Shown piece after piece: positions 1-9,755 of a DNA stretch of 64,000 nt (position 1 is the stretch's first letter; every line of letters starts with the position of its first letter). The position numbers were made by a program, and so were the translations under genes. This DNA is from a virus (Duplodnaviria > Caudoviricetes), in the IMG/VR virus record IMGVR_UViG_3300031853_000035, positions 2,575 to 66,574 of that record, one strand, 5' to 3'. The notes beneath the pieces were generated by a model. It saw nothing but the letters and a program-made list of their open reading frames with translations. It did no database searches and had not been told where the DNA came from.

Positions 1-11
1 TTTCTGAGAAC

Positions 12-374
12 TTGGAAAGCTCTATCATAAATATGGACGTGTATCGACAATCTCATCGAAGCGCCGCGCTAACTGCTGGCATGACGTCTCTCCCAGAAGC
101 TAACGTGCTTTACGTTAAAGACTACAGCGATAACGCAGGACTTACCAGCGCTACAACGGTCACAATTCCAAGATCTCAACTTGACTCGCAAAACATTGTT
201 TATATTCTGCTAGGCGCGGCAACAAGCAAGGACTATAAAGATAAAAACGGTCCTTTAAGTAGAGATGGAGCACTTCCAATGACGTATGGTGCCGACTATG
301 AGCAAGATGGTACATACAGATCAGGCATAGCGATGCGTATAGATCATGATAACGCTATATTTAGGCGCACATAA
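12..374 (+). CDS. C-terminal part of a tail-region protein (frame is open back to the window start)
   Basis: No in-frame stop before position 12; TAA is followed directly by the GGAGG RBS of the next gene. Confidence 0.55.
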   Translation: MESSIINMDVYRQSHRSAALTAGMTSLPEANVLYVKDYSDNAGLTSATTVTIPRSQLDSQNIVYILLGAATSKDYKDKNGPLSRDGALPMTYGADYEQDGTYRSGIAMRIDHDNAIFRRT

Positions 375-386
375 GGAGGTGATAGT

Positions 387-1238
387 ATGACTGAAAATTT
401 ACAGGAAACACTTAATGCTATCACGTCTTCTGTCTACGGGAGCGATATTAGAACTGCAATGTACACGGCGGCAAGTATAATTAATGGTGATGAGAGGGCT
501 TTAAAGTCTTTGGCAGATAGGTGCGACGGTTTATCTAACGCTGCGCTTGCTGAGGCTGCCGCAATTCTTTCTGTTATATTTAAGAACTGTACGCCATCGC
601 AAAAAAGCCAAATTGAAGCTTTGCCATCTTATAGCGCTTTCGCCTCTAAGATTAATCCGGAGATCGCTAATGTTACTGTAGCGAACGTTGCAACTGGCCT
701 TATAAATGCTGGCATTAGTATTAGTGATCCGTCTGATCCGGTGGCTGTTACCGATGCATTTAAGACATTTATAAGTGATTACACAAGGCGGTTTACATAT
801 TACACAAGTAATTCCAGGTTTACTGCGGATAGCAACAATAGATTCTATATAGCTAACTTTACTAATTACGCTTCAATTAACATATCAGATGCTAAGAAAC
901 TAGAAGTTAGTTGCCAGCTTTTATCGGATAGTCATGACCAATCTCCTAGCTGCTGTATACTATTTACCCGGCGGCCATCTGCCTATTACAGTTTTGAGAG
1001 CCTCATCAACGGTGGCGGGTATCCAGTATCATATGTCACTGATCACATAGCATCAATAGAATCTGATACGGTTTATCAACTTAACGCAAATATTCGATTT
1101 GCTGTCGACAAAGAGATTTTGGATTTCTACGATATGGCTTATTTATATGTTGGCCTTGTAACCAAGTCTTGCAGTAGCAAAGCAAAGTTCGACATCACTA
1201 TAACCGCAAACCGCTTAATTCACAGAGGCGTTACTTAA
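387..1238 (+). CDS. Tail-associated hypothetical protein
   Basis: AAGGAGG RBS; N-terminus ITSSVYGSDIRTAM resembles the AxYGxxVR helical N-termini of phage tail appendage proteins. Confidence 0.55.
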   Translation: MTENLQETLNAITSSVYGSDIRTAMYTAASIINGDERALKSLADRCDGLSNAALAEAAAILSVIFKNCTPSQKSQIEALPSYSAFASKINPEIANVTVANVATGLINAGISISDPSDPVAVTDAFKTFISDYTRRFTYYTSNSRFTADSNNRFYIANFTNYASINISDAKKLEVSCQLLSDSHDQSPSCCILFTRRPSAYYSFESLINGGGYPVSYVTDHIASIESDTVYQLNANIRFAVDKEILDFYDMAYLYVGLVTKSCSSKAKFDITITANRLIHRGVT

Positions 1239-1251
1239 TGGAGGTGATTAT

Positions 1252-2202
1252 ATGGCTACGATAAGTCAGAATCTGCTGCTGTTAAGTAGCGTTAAGACGG
1301 GAAAAGAAGCCAGGCCGTTAATTCTATCTATATTTTACGGCATGGAAGATGCCATGAAAAGCATCGAAAGCATAGGCAGTACGCTTTCCGAAACATTCCC
1401 AGTTGCGGTGAGTAATTATAACACGGCTATCGTCGCGGCTGTCGACGCTTTTGGAACTATGGGAATGATATCTACAAGCATTCCTGATCGTGCTTACGCT
1501 GGCAATAGCGAGATAACGTCGTTTACGGGGTCTTTTGTTAGAAGTATTGGCGCCCGTGCGTTTGCTAGCTGCGTCAACTTAGAAACTGTTGATTTTCCGG
1601 TCGCTTCTTATATTGGCGGCACGGCATTCCAAGATTGTTATAGTTTGGCTGCGGTTAGTTTTCCTGCTGCAACTGATATTGGGGATTATGCTTTTTACAA
1701 ATGCAGCGCTCTGACAAGCGTTAACTTTCCTTCCGCGATAAACATCGGATCAAACGCGTTTAATAGTTGCGCTTCTTTAACAAATGCTGACTTTAAAGCT
1801 GCAGCGAGCATAGGTCAGAACGCATTCTCAAGTTGCATTGCTTTAACAAACGTTAGTGTTCCAGCCGTCACAACAATTGGTCAGTACGCATTCCAAAGTT
1901 GCCATGCTCTAGCAAGTATCAGCTTGCCGGCAGCAACAAACATTGGATCGTATGCATTTTTTAATTGCATAAATCTATCAATCATCGATTTGACAGAGGT
2001 GTCGCAGCCTCCTAGCCTTATCTCAAATGCGTTTTTTAATACTCCGATATCAAAATCATCCTACCTTGGATATTTTGGATCGATCTGGATTCCTGAGGGC
2101 ATGATGAGCGCGTTCCTCTTAACGTCCGGCTGGAGTTACTATTCGGAGAGACTAACGGAAGTTGAAGAAATTGACGATCCTGGCTGGGAAGGATGGGGAT
2201 AA
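1252..2202 (+). CDS. BspA-type leucine-rich repeat (LRR_5) protein
   Basis: About 8 repeats of 23 aa such as LTSVNFPSAINIGSNAFNSCAS; GGAGG RBS. Confidence 0.9.
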   Translation: MATISQNLLLLSSVKTGKEARPLILSIFYGMEDAMKSIESIGSTLSETFPVAVSNYNTAIVAAVDAFGTMGMISTSIPDRAYAGNSEITSFTGSFVRSIGARAFASCVNLETVDFPVASYIGGTAFQDCYSLAAVSFPAATDIGDYAFYKCSALTSVNFPSAINIGSNAFNSCASLTNADFKAAASIGQNAFSSCIALTNVSVPAVTTIGQYAFQSCHALASISLPAATNIGSYAFFNCINLSIIDLTEVSQPPSLISNAFFNTPISKSSYLGYFGSIWIPEGMMSAFLLTSGWSYYSERLTEVEEIDDPGWEGWG

Positions 2203-2226
2203 CAAGTCACAAAAAAGGAGATACAA

Positions 2227-3204
2227 ATGAAACTTGAGATTTTAATTCCGCAGTATAAGGAAGATGAGAGCATATTAAAGAGTATGCTAACTTCCATCGA
2301 GGTTCAGCAAAGCATTGACCTTGCTAAAGATATTGGAGTGATCATCGCAAACGATGGATCAGACACACTGCTATCTAGGGAATTCTTAGATAGCTTTTCT
2401 TTTCCCATAAAGTATCTTAAGTTGGAGCATGGCGGGGTATCGAAGACAAGAAATGCTTGTCTTGACGCAGCAACAGCGGACTACGTTATGTTCTGTGATG
2501 CCGATGATATGTTCATCAACGCCTGCGGACTATACGTTATCCTTAGAGAGATTGCTAACGGGGGGTTTGACTCTCTAATCTCCATATTCGTAGAGGAGAC
2601 AAGGCACCCGAAAACTGGTGAGATTCTATACATCAACCGGGAGATGGACTCCACATTCGTTCACGGCAAGGTGCATAGGAGACGCTATCTGATCGATAAA
2701 GGGATCAGGTGGAACGATGCACTTACCATTCACGAGGATAGCTACTTTAACTGTCTTTGCCAGAGCCTTTCTAAGGACGTTAAATACTGCCAGACGCCGT
2801 TCTATCTTTGGAAATGGAGAGACGAGAGCGTGTGCAGGCATGATCCAAAGTATATTTTAAAGACCTATAACAATATGCTGGACTCGAATACAGCGCTTGT
2901 TAACGAGTTTATGCGGCGGGATAAGAAAGACAAAGCAGCCTTTTACGCAACTTCGATGATCATGGATGCTTACTACACCATGAATAAAGACGAGTGGCTA
3001 AATCAGGAAAATAAAGAATACCGGGCCAAAACGGAGAGGCGCTTTAAAGACTACTACGTAACATTCAAGGATCTATTCGATACGATCGATGAGACCGTAA
3101 AGAACCAGATCATTGTTGGTATTAGAAATAGGATGTTTTCGGAGGGCATGATGATGGAGTCCGTCACGTTTTCCGACTGGATCAATCATATTCTAACACT
3201 CTAG
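2227..3204 (+). CDS. Glycosyltransferase family 2
   Basis: ILIPQYK, IIANDGSD, GVSKTRN, YVMFCDADD (DxD) and IHEDSYF motifs. Confidence 0.9.
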   Translation: MKLEILIPQYKEDESILKSMLTSIEVQQSIDLAKDIGVIIANDGSDTLLSREFLDSFSFPIKYLKLEHGGVSKTRNACLDAATADYVMFCDADDMFINACGLYVILREIANGGFDSLISIFVEETRHPKTGEILYINREMDSTFVHGKVHRRRYLIDKGIRWNDALTIHEDSYFNCLCQSLSKDVKYCQTPFYLWKWRDESVCRHDPKYILKTYNNMLDSNTALVNEFMRRDKKDKAAFYATSMIMDAYYTMNKDEWLNQENKEYRAKTERRFKDYYVTFKDLFDTIDETVKNQIIVGIRNRMFSEGMMMESVTFSDWINHILTL

Positions 3205-3219
3205 AATGGAGGGCTTATT

Positions 3220-3453
3220 ATGGCTAATGATGTTAAAGTTCCGGAAAGCGCCTTGTACTATAACAAGGGCGTTACAGCATATGTGAAAGACGGCAACGTT
3301 GTATTTAACGCTCCGAATGACGGGGTTCTTATTGGATCCGAGTCCGATTTAGATGTTCTTACGATGTTCGAGCCCGGCACGATTGCTTTTACTTCCGGAT
3401 TTACGAGCATGTGGATGAAAAATATTGGCACCGGCTGGACTAAGTTCGTATAA
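3220..3453 (+). CDS. Small tail-module hypothetical protein
   Basis: GGAGGG RBS; ends PGTIAFTSGFTSMWMKNIGTGWTKFV; tightly packed in the operon. Confidence 0.65.
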   Translation: MANDVKVPESALYYNKGVTAYVKDGNVVFNAPNDGVLIGSESDLDVLTMFEPGTIAFTSGFTSMWMKNIGTGWTKFV

Positions 3454-3464
3454 GGAGGTCTTAT

Positions 3465-4502
3465 ATGGATATTATGACATGGATTGCCACATTTGGCATC
3501 AATAAAGGTACTCCATCTCCAGGTCCAGATCCAGGTCCTGATCCCGGAGGAGACAGTAGTATTGACGGCCTTATCGATGGAACCGCCAGTACGTATTATA
3601 ATTCGACGGTTACTGGTATCGCGCCATACATGTTTGCCAGTAACTCCGCTTTGACATCTGTTGACTTTCCGGCTGTTACGAGTATTGGTAGTCAGGCGTT
3701 TGACTGGTGTTCTAAATTAACCAGTATAAACTTTCCAGCGGCAACAGAGATTGGCAGCAATGCGTTTAATGCATGCAGAGCACTAACCAGTATAAGTTTT
3801 CCTGCGGCGGAGATAATTGATTACGGAGCGTTTGCCAATTGCTATGAGTTACTTACTGTCGACTTTCCTTCGGCTAAAAGCATAGGTACGTATGCCTTTT
3901 CGAATTGCTCTAAGTTAACATCTATAAATTTTCCATCTGTAGAAACTATTGGCGCTAACGCATTCTCCTTTTGTTCAAAATTAACTGAAGCCAGCTTTCC
4001 GTGTGCTATTAGCATTTCTAGTGGCGCTTTTTGTTCTTGCTATAATTTAAGTAACATCTATTTTCCAGTGTTAACTTCAATATCGGCAAACGCGTTCAAG
4101 TCATGCCAATCACTAACAAATATTAGTTTTCCAAACGTACTATCCATAGGTGGAACTGCATTCAATGGTTGCCGCATGCTAACTTCTATTAGCGTTCCTG
4201 CTTTAAAAACTATTAATGCGATGGCATTCACACATTGTTCGGCATTAACAGCCATTAGCCTGCCGGCAGTAAGCAGTATTGGCGCTGATGCTTTCATGGG
4301 TTGCATCTCATTAGTAAGCATGTACTTGAACGTGAGCAGCATTCCAGGAATGAACACCACAGCACTTTCAGAAACCCCAATCGGCAAAAGTTCCTACACC
4401 GGCTCATTCGGCTCAATCTTCGTGCCATCATCTCTCTATGAAAGCTTTATTTCGGCTAGTGGTTGGCGCGTTTACTCAGATAGGATTGTACCATATTTCT
4501 AA
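3465..4502 (+). CDS. BspA-type LRR_5 protein with a Pro/Gly/Asp linker
   Basis: About 11 LRRs such as LTSINFPAATEIGSNAFNACRA; PSPGPDPGPDPGG linker; C-cap similar to 1252..2202. Confidence 0.9.
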   Translation: MDIMTWIATFGINKGTPSPGPDPGPDPGGDSSIDGLIDGTASTYYNSTVTGIAPYMFASNSALTSVDFPAVTSIGSQAFDWCSKLTSINFPAATEIGSNAFNACRALTSISFPAAEIIDYGAFANCYELLTVDFPSAKSIGTYAFSNCSKLTSINFPSVETIGANAFSFCSKLTEASFPCAISISSGAFCSCYNLSNIYFPVLTSISANAFKSCQSLTNISFPNVLSIGGTAFNGCRMLTSISVPALKTINAMAFTHCSALTAISLPAVSSIGADAFMGCISLVSMYLNVSSIPGMNTTALSETPIGKSSYTGSFGSIFVPSSLYESFISASGWRVYSDRIVPYF

Positions 4503-4514
4503 AGGAGGCAGGCT

Positions 4515-6074
4515 ATGCCACTTAATATTATAGACTATACTTGTACCAAAAACAGGTGTTATATTCAAGGCAAAAAACGCAAGCCGATAGGTATCCAGAT
4601 ACATTCTATCGGATGCGCTCAGGGAACGGCTAAGAGCGTCGCAGACTATTGGAACTCACCAAACGTCTCGGCGCTTGTTCATTATATTTGTGACAGCGAC
4701 AGCCCGGGGAAGGTACTTAAAACCCTCCCTGAAGAGATCGCCCCATGGGCTGATGCCGGATACGGAAATAGGAATCTTATTGCAATCGAAATGTGCGAGA
4801 GCGATTTCATGAAGTATACCGGAGGGGCCAGCTATTATGTCACAGATGAGAAGCAGTTTAAAAAAGATATCCTGCAATCTTACAACAGCGCGGTAATGCT
4901 TTGCGCTGATATTTGCAGGCGCTACGGATGGAATCCTTGGAGCAAGCTCTCTAGCGGTCTATACCTCATTTCCTCTCACAACGAGGGCAGAAGGGCAGGA
5001 CTATCTAGCTCTCACGTAGATCCAGATCATGTGTGGGAGAAAGTCGATAAGACCATGGAAATGTTTAGAAACGATGTTCTTTATGCTATTGGCGATTCAT
5101 TTGAGCCTTTAATTACTGCCGAAAAGGTCTGGTACAGAGTTAGAAGAACGTGGGGAGATGTTACTTCTCAGCTTGGTGCGTACGAAGTAAAAGAGAACGC
5201 TATAAATAACTGCCCGTACGGATACTCGGTGTTTGACGAGAACGGTGAGGCCATTTACTCAAATAACGAGAGGAACAGCGGGCTTCAGGCAAGCGACTTT
5301 AATGTATCTAGCGAATCTGTTGCAGCGGATCTGATCCTTGAGACAGTTCACAAATGCGATAAGAGCGGAATTTTCTACTCAGTCACAGCGGCTCAGGGGA
5401 TCCTTGAGAGCGGGTATGTTAAGACCGAGCTTGCTAGAAAAGCTAACAACTGCTTTGGAATGAAGGTAAATCTTTCCGGAAACACCTGGGAGGGATCAAC
5501 CTGGGACGGAACCAGCAAGGTTAACATCCTTACGTGGGAAGTATATAACGGCAAATCGGTTCAGGTGCATGCCGACTTTAGGAAGTATAAGACTGTGGAG
5601 GATTCCATTAAGGATCACTCGGCTTACCTTCTTGGGGCTATGAACGGCTCTAAAAAGAGGTACGAAGGGCTGCTTAACGCCAAAACGGCCAAGGATGCTA
5701 TCACCATCATAAAGAACGGCGGCTATGCAACGGATCCGAATTATATTTCGAAGATTCTAAAGCTGATCGATCGCTTCAACCTTGATCAGTATGATAGCGA
5801 GATCACTGGGGTTGTTAAAAAGGAAGAAGCACCTGCGCCGGCTAAGACTTACTATAGAGTTCAGGTCGGACGTTTTAAGTCTCTTGCTCTTGCAAAGGGA
5901 TGGGCCGCAACTGTTACTGATATTACAAGGATGCAGTGCTCAGTTGAGATTTACGAGGATGACTATCAGGTTGTTTGTGGATCCTTCACCAATAAGGAAA
6001 AAGCCGATGCAGTAAAGATGCTGCTTAAGAAAGAATTTATGGTAGATAGTGAGGTCAAGATGGTTGTGATATAA
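4515..6074 (+). CDS. Endolysin: Amidase_2 + cell-wall-binding motif + GH73 glucosaminidase + SPOR
   Basis: IQIHSIG...SALVHY...IAIEMCE...HVDP (amidase); AQGILESG, NNCFGMK, GYATDPNY (GH73); YYRVQVGRF (SPOR). Confidence 0.9.
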   Translation: MPLNIIDYTCTKNRCYIQGKKRKPIGIQIHSIGCAQGTAKSVADYWNSPNVSALVHYICDSDSPGKVLKTLPEEIAPWADAGYGNRNLIAIEMCESDFMKYTGGASYYVTDEKQFKKDILQSYNSAVMLCADICRRYGWNPWSKLSSGLYLISSHNEGRRAGLSSSHVDPDHVWEKVDKTMEMFRNDVLYAIGDSFEPLITAEKVWYRVRRTWGDVTSQLGAYEVKENAINNCPYGYSVFDENGEAIYSNNERNSGLQASDFNVSSESVAADLILETVHKCDKSGIFYSVTAAQGILESGYVKTELARKANNCFGMKVNLSGNTWEGSTWDGTSKVNILTWEVYNGKSVQVHADFRKYKTVEDSIKDHSAYLLGAMNGSKKRYEGLLNAKTAKDAITIIKNGGYATDPNYISKILKLIDRFNLDQYDSEITGVVKKEEAPAPAKTYYRVQVGRFKSLALAKGWAATVTDITRMQCSVEIYEDDYQVVCGSFTNKEKADAVKMLLKKEFMVDSEVKMVVI

Positions 6075-6075
6075 G

Positions 6076-6100
6076 TCGCAAAATTTTCACTTCCTATAGT
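6076..6100 (+). promoter_or_regulatory. Phage-specific promoter motif, copy 1
   Basis: TCGCA aaattttCActtcc TATAGT. Confidence 0.75.
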
Positions 6101-6243
6101 AGAAAGGAGGTGGACCGGGTGGCCGGCATAAATCACGTCCGTCTGGCGTTGCTAACCAGACATCAGCACGTCTTAATGCCACATCTATAGAGCACATCAC
6201 CCATAAGGTCTTGGAGTAATTCAGGGCCTTATGTCTTTTTTTT
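6101..6243 (+). ncRNA. Short promoter-to-terminator transcript beginning AGAAAGGAGG (sRNA or 23-aa peptide)
   Basis: Flanked by the promoter motif and a cataaggtct/agggccttatg hairpin + T-tract; internal gtctgg/ccagac hairpin. Confidence 0.45.
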
Positions 6244-6252
6244 TCAAATCCC

Positions 6253-6290
6253 AAATTTTTCCCGGTGGGAATTTTTCGAAAATGTTTCAA
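6253..6290 (+). promoter_or_regulatory. Second-class motif, candidate late regulatory site (similar to 39422..39460)
   Basis: aaatttttcccggtgggaatttttcgaaaatgtttcaa, upstream of a structural gene block. Confidence 0.4.
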
Positions 6291-6304
6291 CGAGGTACTA
6301 TGAT

Positions 6305-6445
6305 ATGCTGAAAATACTGAAGAAGATATTCTGCAAACATGACTACAAGTTCGTACGCCTGTTATATGGTGACGAAATCAACGAGCATTGTGGTAAACGG
6401 AAAGAATATTGCTGTGTGAAATGCGGTATGTACAAATGGGAGTGA
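6305..6445 (+). CDS. 46-aa Cys/His zinc-binding-type protein (DUF1660-like)
   Basis: MLKILKKIFCKHDY...CCVKCG; GAGGT RBS; not in the supplied ORF track. Confidence 0.6.
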   Translation: MLKILKKIFCKHDYKFVRLLYGDEINEHCGKRKEYCCVKCGMYKWE

Positions 6446-6558
6446 CGGAGATGTTGTAATAAGTGCCCACCACGCATAAGGTGAAAGCACTGCGGACCAC
6501 GGTGGGACTTTTTATAATGACACTTTAAACTAACTTTATATTTTCGGAGGTAACGTAA

Positions 6559-6887
6559 TTGATCAAGAAAGACATAGAACTAACCAGAGGAGATACCCTT
6601 AGCTTCGACGTAACAATCTCTGAGATCGAAGATGTTACCGTCGAAAGCCTATACTTCTCGGTTAAGAAGAGACCGATGGATACTAGTTATATTTTCCAGA
6701 AGAAGTTAGAAGACGGAATAACATTTTTGGAAGAGAACAAGTATCGTGTCCGAGTTGCTCCGGAGGATACCTGTGAATTGCCTGCCGGGAAGTATACATA
6801 TGATCTGCAGGTCGGTCTCGGCAGTGATATTTACACACCACTTATGGGAACGTTTAAGCTTAACTGGGATGTAACGGAGGAAATCGA

Positions 6888-6891
<4 letters not shown>
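6559..6891 (+). CDS. BppU-like baseplate/fibre N-terminal Ig-fold protein
   Basis: LTRGDTLSFDV...LYFSVKK...LPAGKYTYDLQV; GGAGGT RBS, TTG start. Confidence 0.65.
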
Positions 6892-8153
<1,262 letters not shown>

Positions 8154-8176
8154 GTAAGATTTAAAGGAGATACAAT

Positions 8177-8395
8177 ATGTCAGTTATATTTGTAATTATT
8201 CTTGTTATAGTCGGCTTATTTGTCGGATTCCTTGTCGGAGCGTGTGTATTTCATGAACCGTATCCGAACGTCGGCGACTTTGTTCTTAACTTTAAGAATC
8301 CGGATGAGCCGCCAGTAGCAATAAAACTACACGACGATATCAACGTTGACGACCCGCCTAGTAAGGTGATCATGAAACTTGATATTCTAAAATAG
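8177..8395 (+). CDS. Small membrane-anchored protein
   Basis: N-terminal hydrophobic helix; AAAGGAG RBS. Confidence 0.7.
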   Translation: MSVIFVIILVIVGLFVGFLVGACVFHEPYPNVGDFVLNFKNPDEPPVAIKLHDDINVDDPPSKVIMKLDILK

Positions 8396-8404
8396 GAGGT
8401 AGCC

Positions 8405-9151
8405 ATGGGGGAGAATTCAAAAGCGTTTCTTGACGCGCTTAAAGGCATGGACGTTACCATGCGAGAAGACATTGCAAACGATATGCCTTGGGTTTACGAT
8501 AATGCCAGAACGCCGGCCGCATCTTTTAGAGTCGCTAGAAAGACCGGAAAACGTTATATTTCCTGTGCCAATGCCGTTAAGTGGGCGCTTAAGGCTATCG
8601 GTATTCCAAGCGCCTCCCTTAGTTGGTGGGGCGACATGGGAGTCATTCACTGGAGCAGCGCAAATGCTGAAAAAGAAGCTAAGAAATTCTTTAACATCAT
8701 CAAGATCGGCAATAAGACGCAAAAGCAGTGCATCGCAGAAGGACTTATCTTACCTGGCGATGTGCTTATGTTTAACGACTATAGGCACACCAACGCGGTA
8801 TATTCTAAGACCAAATCGTTCGATGCCGGTCATGCGTACTGCAACGGCGAAGCTTTTACTAAATGGATCGGCAAGATGGTGTGTGCTAACGATAAGGTTT
8901 CTTATATTTTTAGGCTAAAAGAACTCTACTACCGGGTACAGATCGAGGCTGATTCTAAGAAGGCTACTGCTTACGCAACGGCAAAGAAAGCTAAAGAGGC
9001 GCTAGGACTTGAGACCTTCACCGAATACATGAGTGATAAGAGGTGGCATGTGTTCTGTGGATCGTTTGACAGCGAGGATAATGCTCTCAAACGCCGTGAC
9101 GTTGTGCGCAGCGTCTACCCGAAAGCCTTTGTTAAAGAGGTCCTCGCATAA
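8405..9151 (+). CDS. Second cell-wall hydrolase: papain-like (NlpC/P60/CHAP-type) domain + SPOR
   Basis: ISCANAVKWAL (Cys), RHTNAV (His), FDAG; C-terminal YYRVQ...HVFCGSF SPOR-like domain. Confidence 0.65.
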   Translation: MGENSKAFLDALKGMDVTMREDIANDMPWVYDNARTPAASFRVARKTGKRYISCANAVKWALKAIGIPSASLSWWGDMGVIHWSSANAEKEAKKFFNIIKIGNKTQKQCIAEGLILPGDVLMFNDYRHTNAVYSKTKSFDAGHAYCNGEAFTKWIGKMVCANDKVSYIFRLKELYYRVQIEADSKKATAYATAKKAKEALGLETFTEYMSDKRWHVFCGSFDSEDNALKRRDVVRSVYPKAFVKEVLA

Positions 9152-9168
9152 ATTTCATGTTCTATAAT
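9144..9168 (+). promoter_or_regulatory. Phage-specific promoter motif, copy 2
   Basis: TCGCA taaatttCAtgttc TATAAT. Confidence 0.8.
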
Positions 9169-9293
9169 GAAGAGAAGGTAAACATATAGAACCTTAAGAC
9201 TACAACGATGTATAGGCATAGACCGAATACTAGTAGGTGGGCGCAAACCCCACTCTATATGTATAAGCAGTAGCGTGGCTCGCCTTCTCTTTC
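9169..9293 (+). ncRNA. Candidate structured small RNA (about 125 nt)
   Basis: gaagagaagg/ccttctcttt closing stem, acatataga/tctatatgt stem, gtggg-cgcaaac-cccac hairpin; no RBS-led ORF. Confidence 0.65.
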
Positions 9294-9295
9294 AT

Positions 9296-9328
9296 GCTCG
9301 TGAATAATTCACGGGCTTTATTTTTTTC
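9296..9328 (+). terminator. Intrinsic terminator
   Basis: gctcgtgaa-taa-ttcacgggc + T-tract. Confidence 0.8.
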
Positions 9329-9358
9329 TCGAACGTATGAACGACTAGACGTTATTTT

Positions 9359-9383
9359 TCGCAAATATTACAGCGTCTATAAT
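9359..9383 (+). promoter_or_regulatory. Phage-specific promoter motif, copy 3
   Basis: TCGCA aatattaCAgcgtc TATAAT. Confidence 0.8.
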
Positions 9384-9401
9384 AGAAAGGAGGTATCTAA
9401 A

Positions 9402-9626
9402 ATGAAAAAAAGTGATGTATATGGTTGTCAGAAGTATAGTGATGGCTATGCAGACTATCCTGGTAAAGGTAAAATCTATGATAAAGATGTTGCGAAGCTT
9501 GTCAGTAAGCATCTCAGATTCTTTGATAGATTCAACGTAAGGAAAGTTGTAGAAGCCGGAATATATGCTCAACTTATGCTGATGGGAGTCGTTGAAGAAC
9601 CTAAAAAGAAAAATTGGAAGTTTTAA
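9402..9626 (+). CDS. 74-aa hypothetical protein
   Basis: AGAAAGGAGG RBS, ATG at 9402; lies between a promoter and a terminator. Confidence 0.75.
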   Translation: MKKSDVYGCQKYSDGYADYPGKGKIYDKDVAKLVSKHLRFFDRFNVRKVVEAGIYAQLMLMGVVEEPKKKNWKF

Positions 9627-9632
9627 TTTAAT

Positions 9633-9666
9633 AAGCCTCGGAAGAAATTCTGGGGCTTTCATTTTT
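9633..9666 (+). terminator. Intrinsic terminator
   Basis: aagcctcgg-aagaaatt-ctggggctt + T-rich tail. Confidence 0.75.
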
Positions 9667-9755
9667 CTCCGCGAACTCTCGAAGAGAGTAAGCTGGTCTT
9701 GAGCAAAGCGAAAGTTCCCTACGCAGGTGACAACTTTTCGTTTTAGAATGCTACC

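Noticed and set aside
1252-4502. Diversity-generating retroelement targeting the LRR or tail-fibre repeats
   Set aside because: No reverse transcriptase in the window, and no template/variable repeat pair differing only at adenines was seen
9169-9293. Twister-sister, pistol or hammerhead ribozyme identity for the small RNAs (also 31767..31857)
   Set aside because: Isolated similarities (GG-CGCAAAC-CC loop; ttaaat) but the required conserved cores are missing; left unassigned
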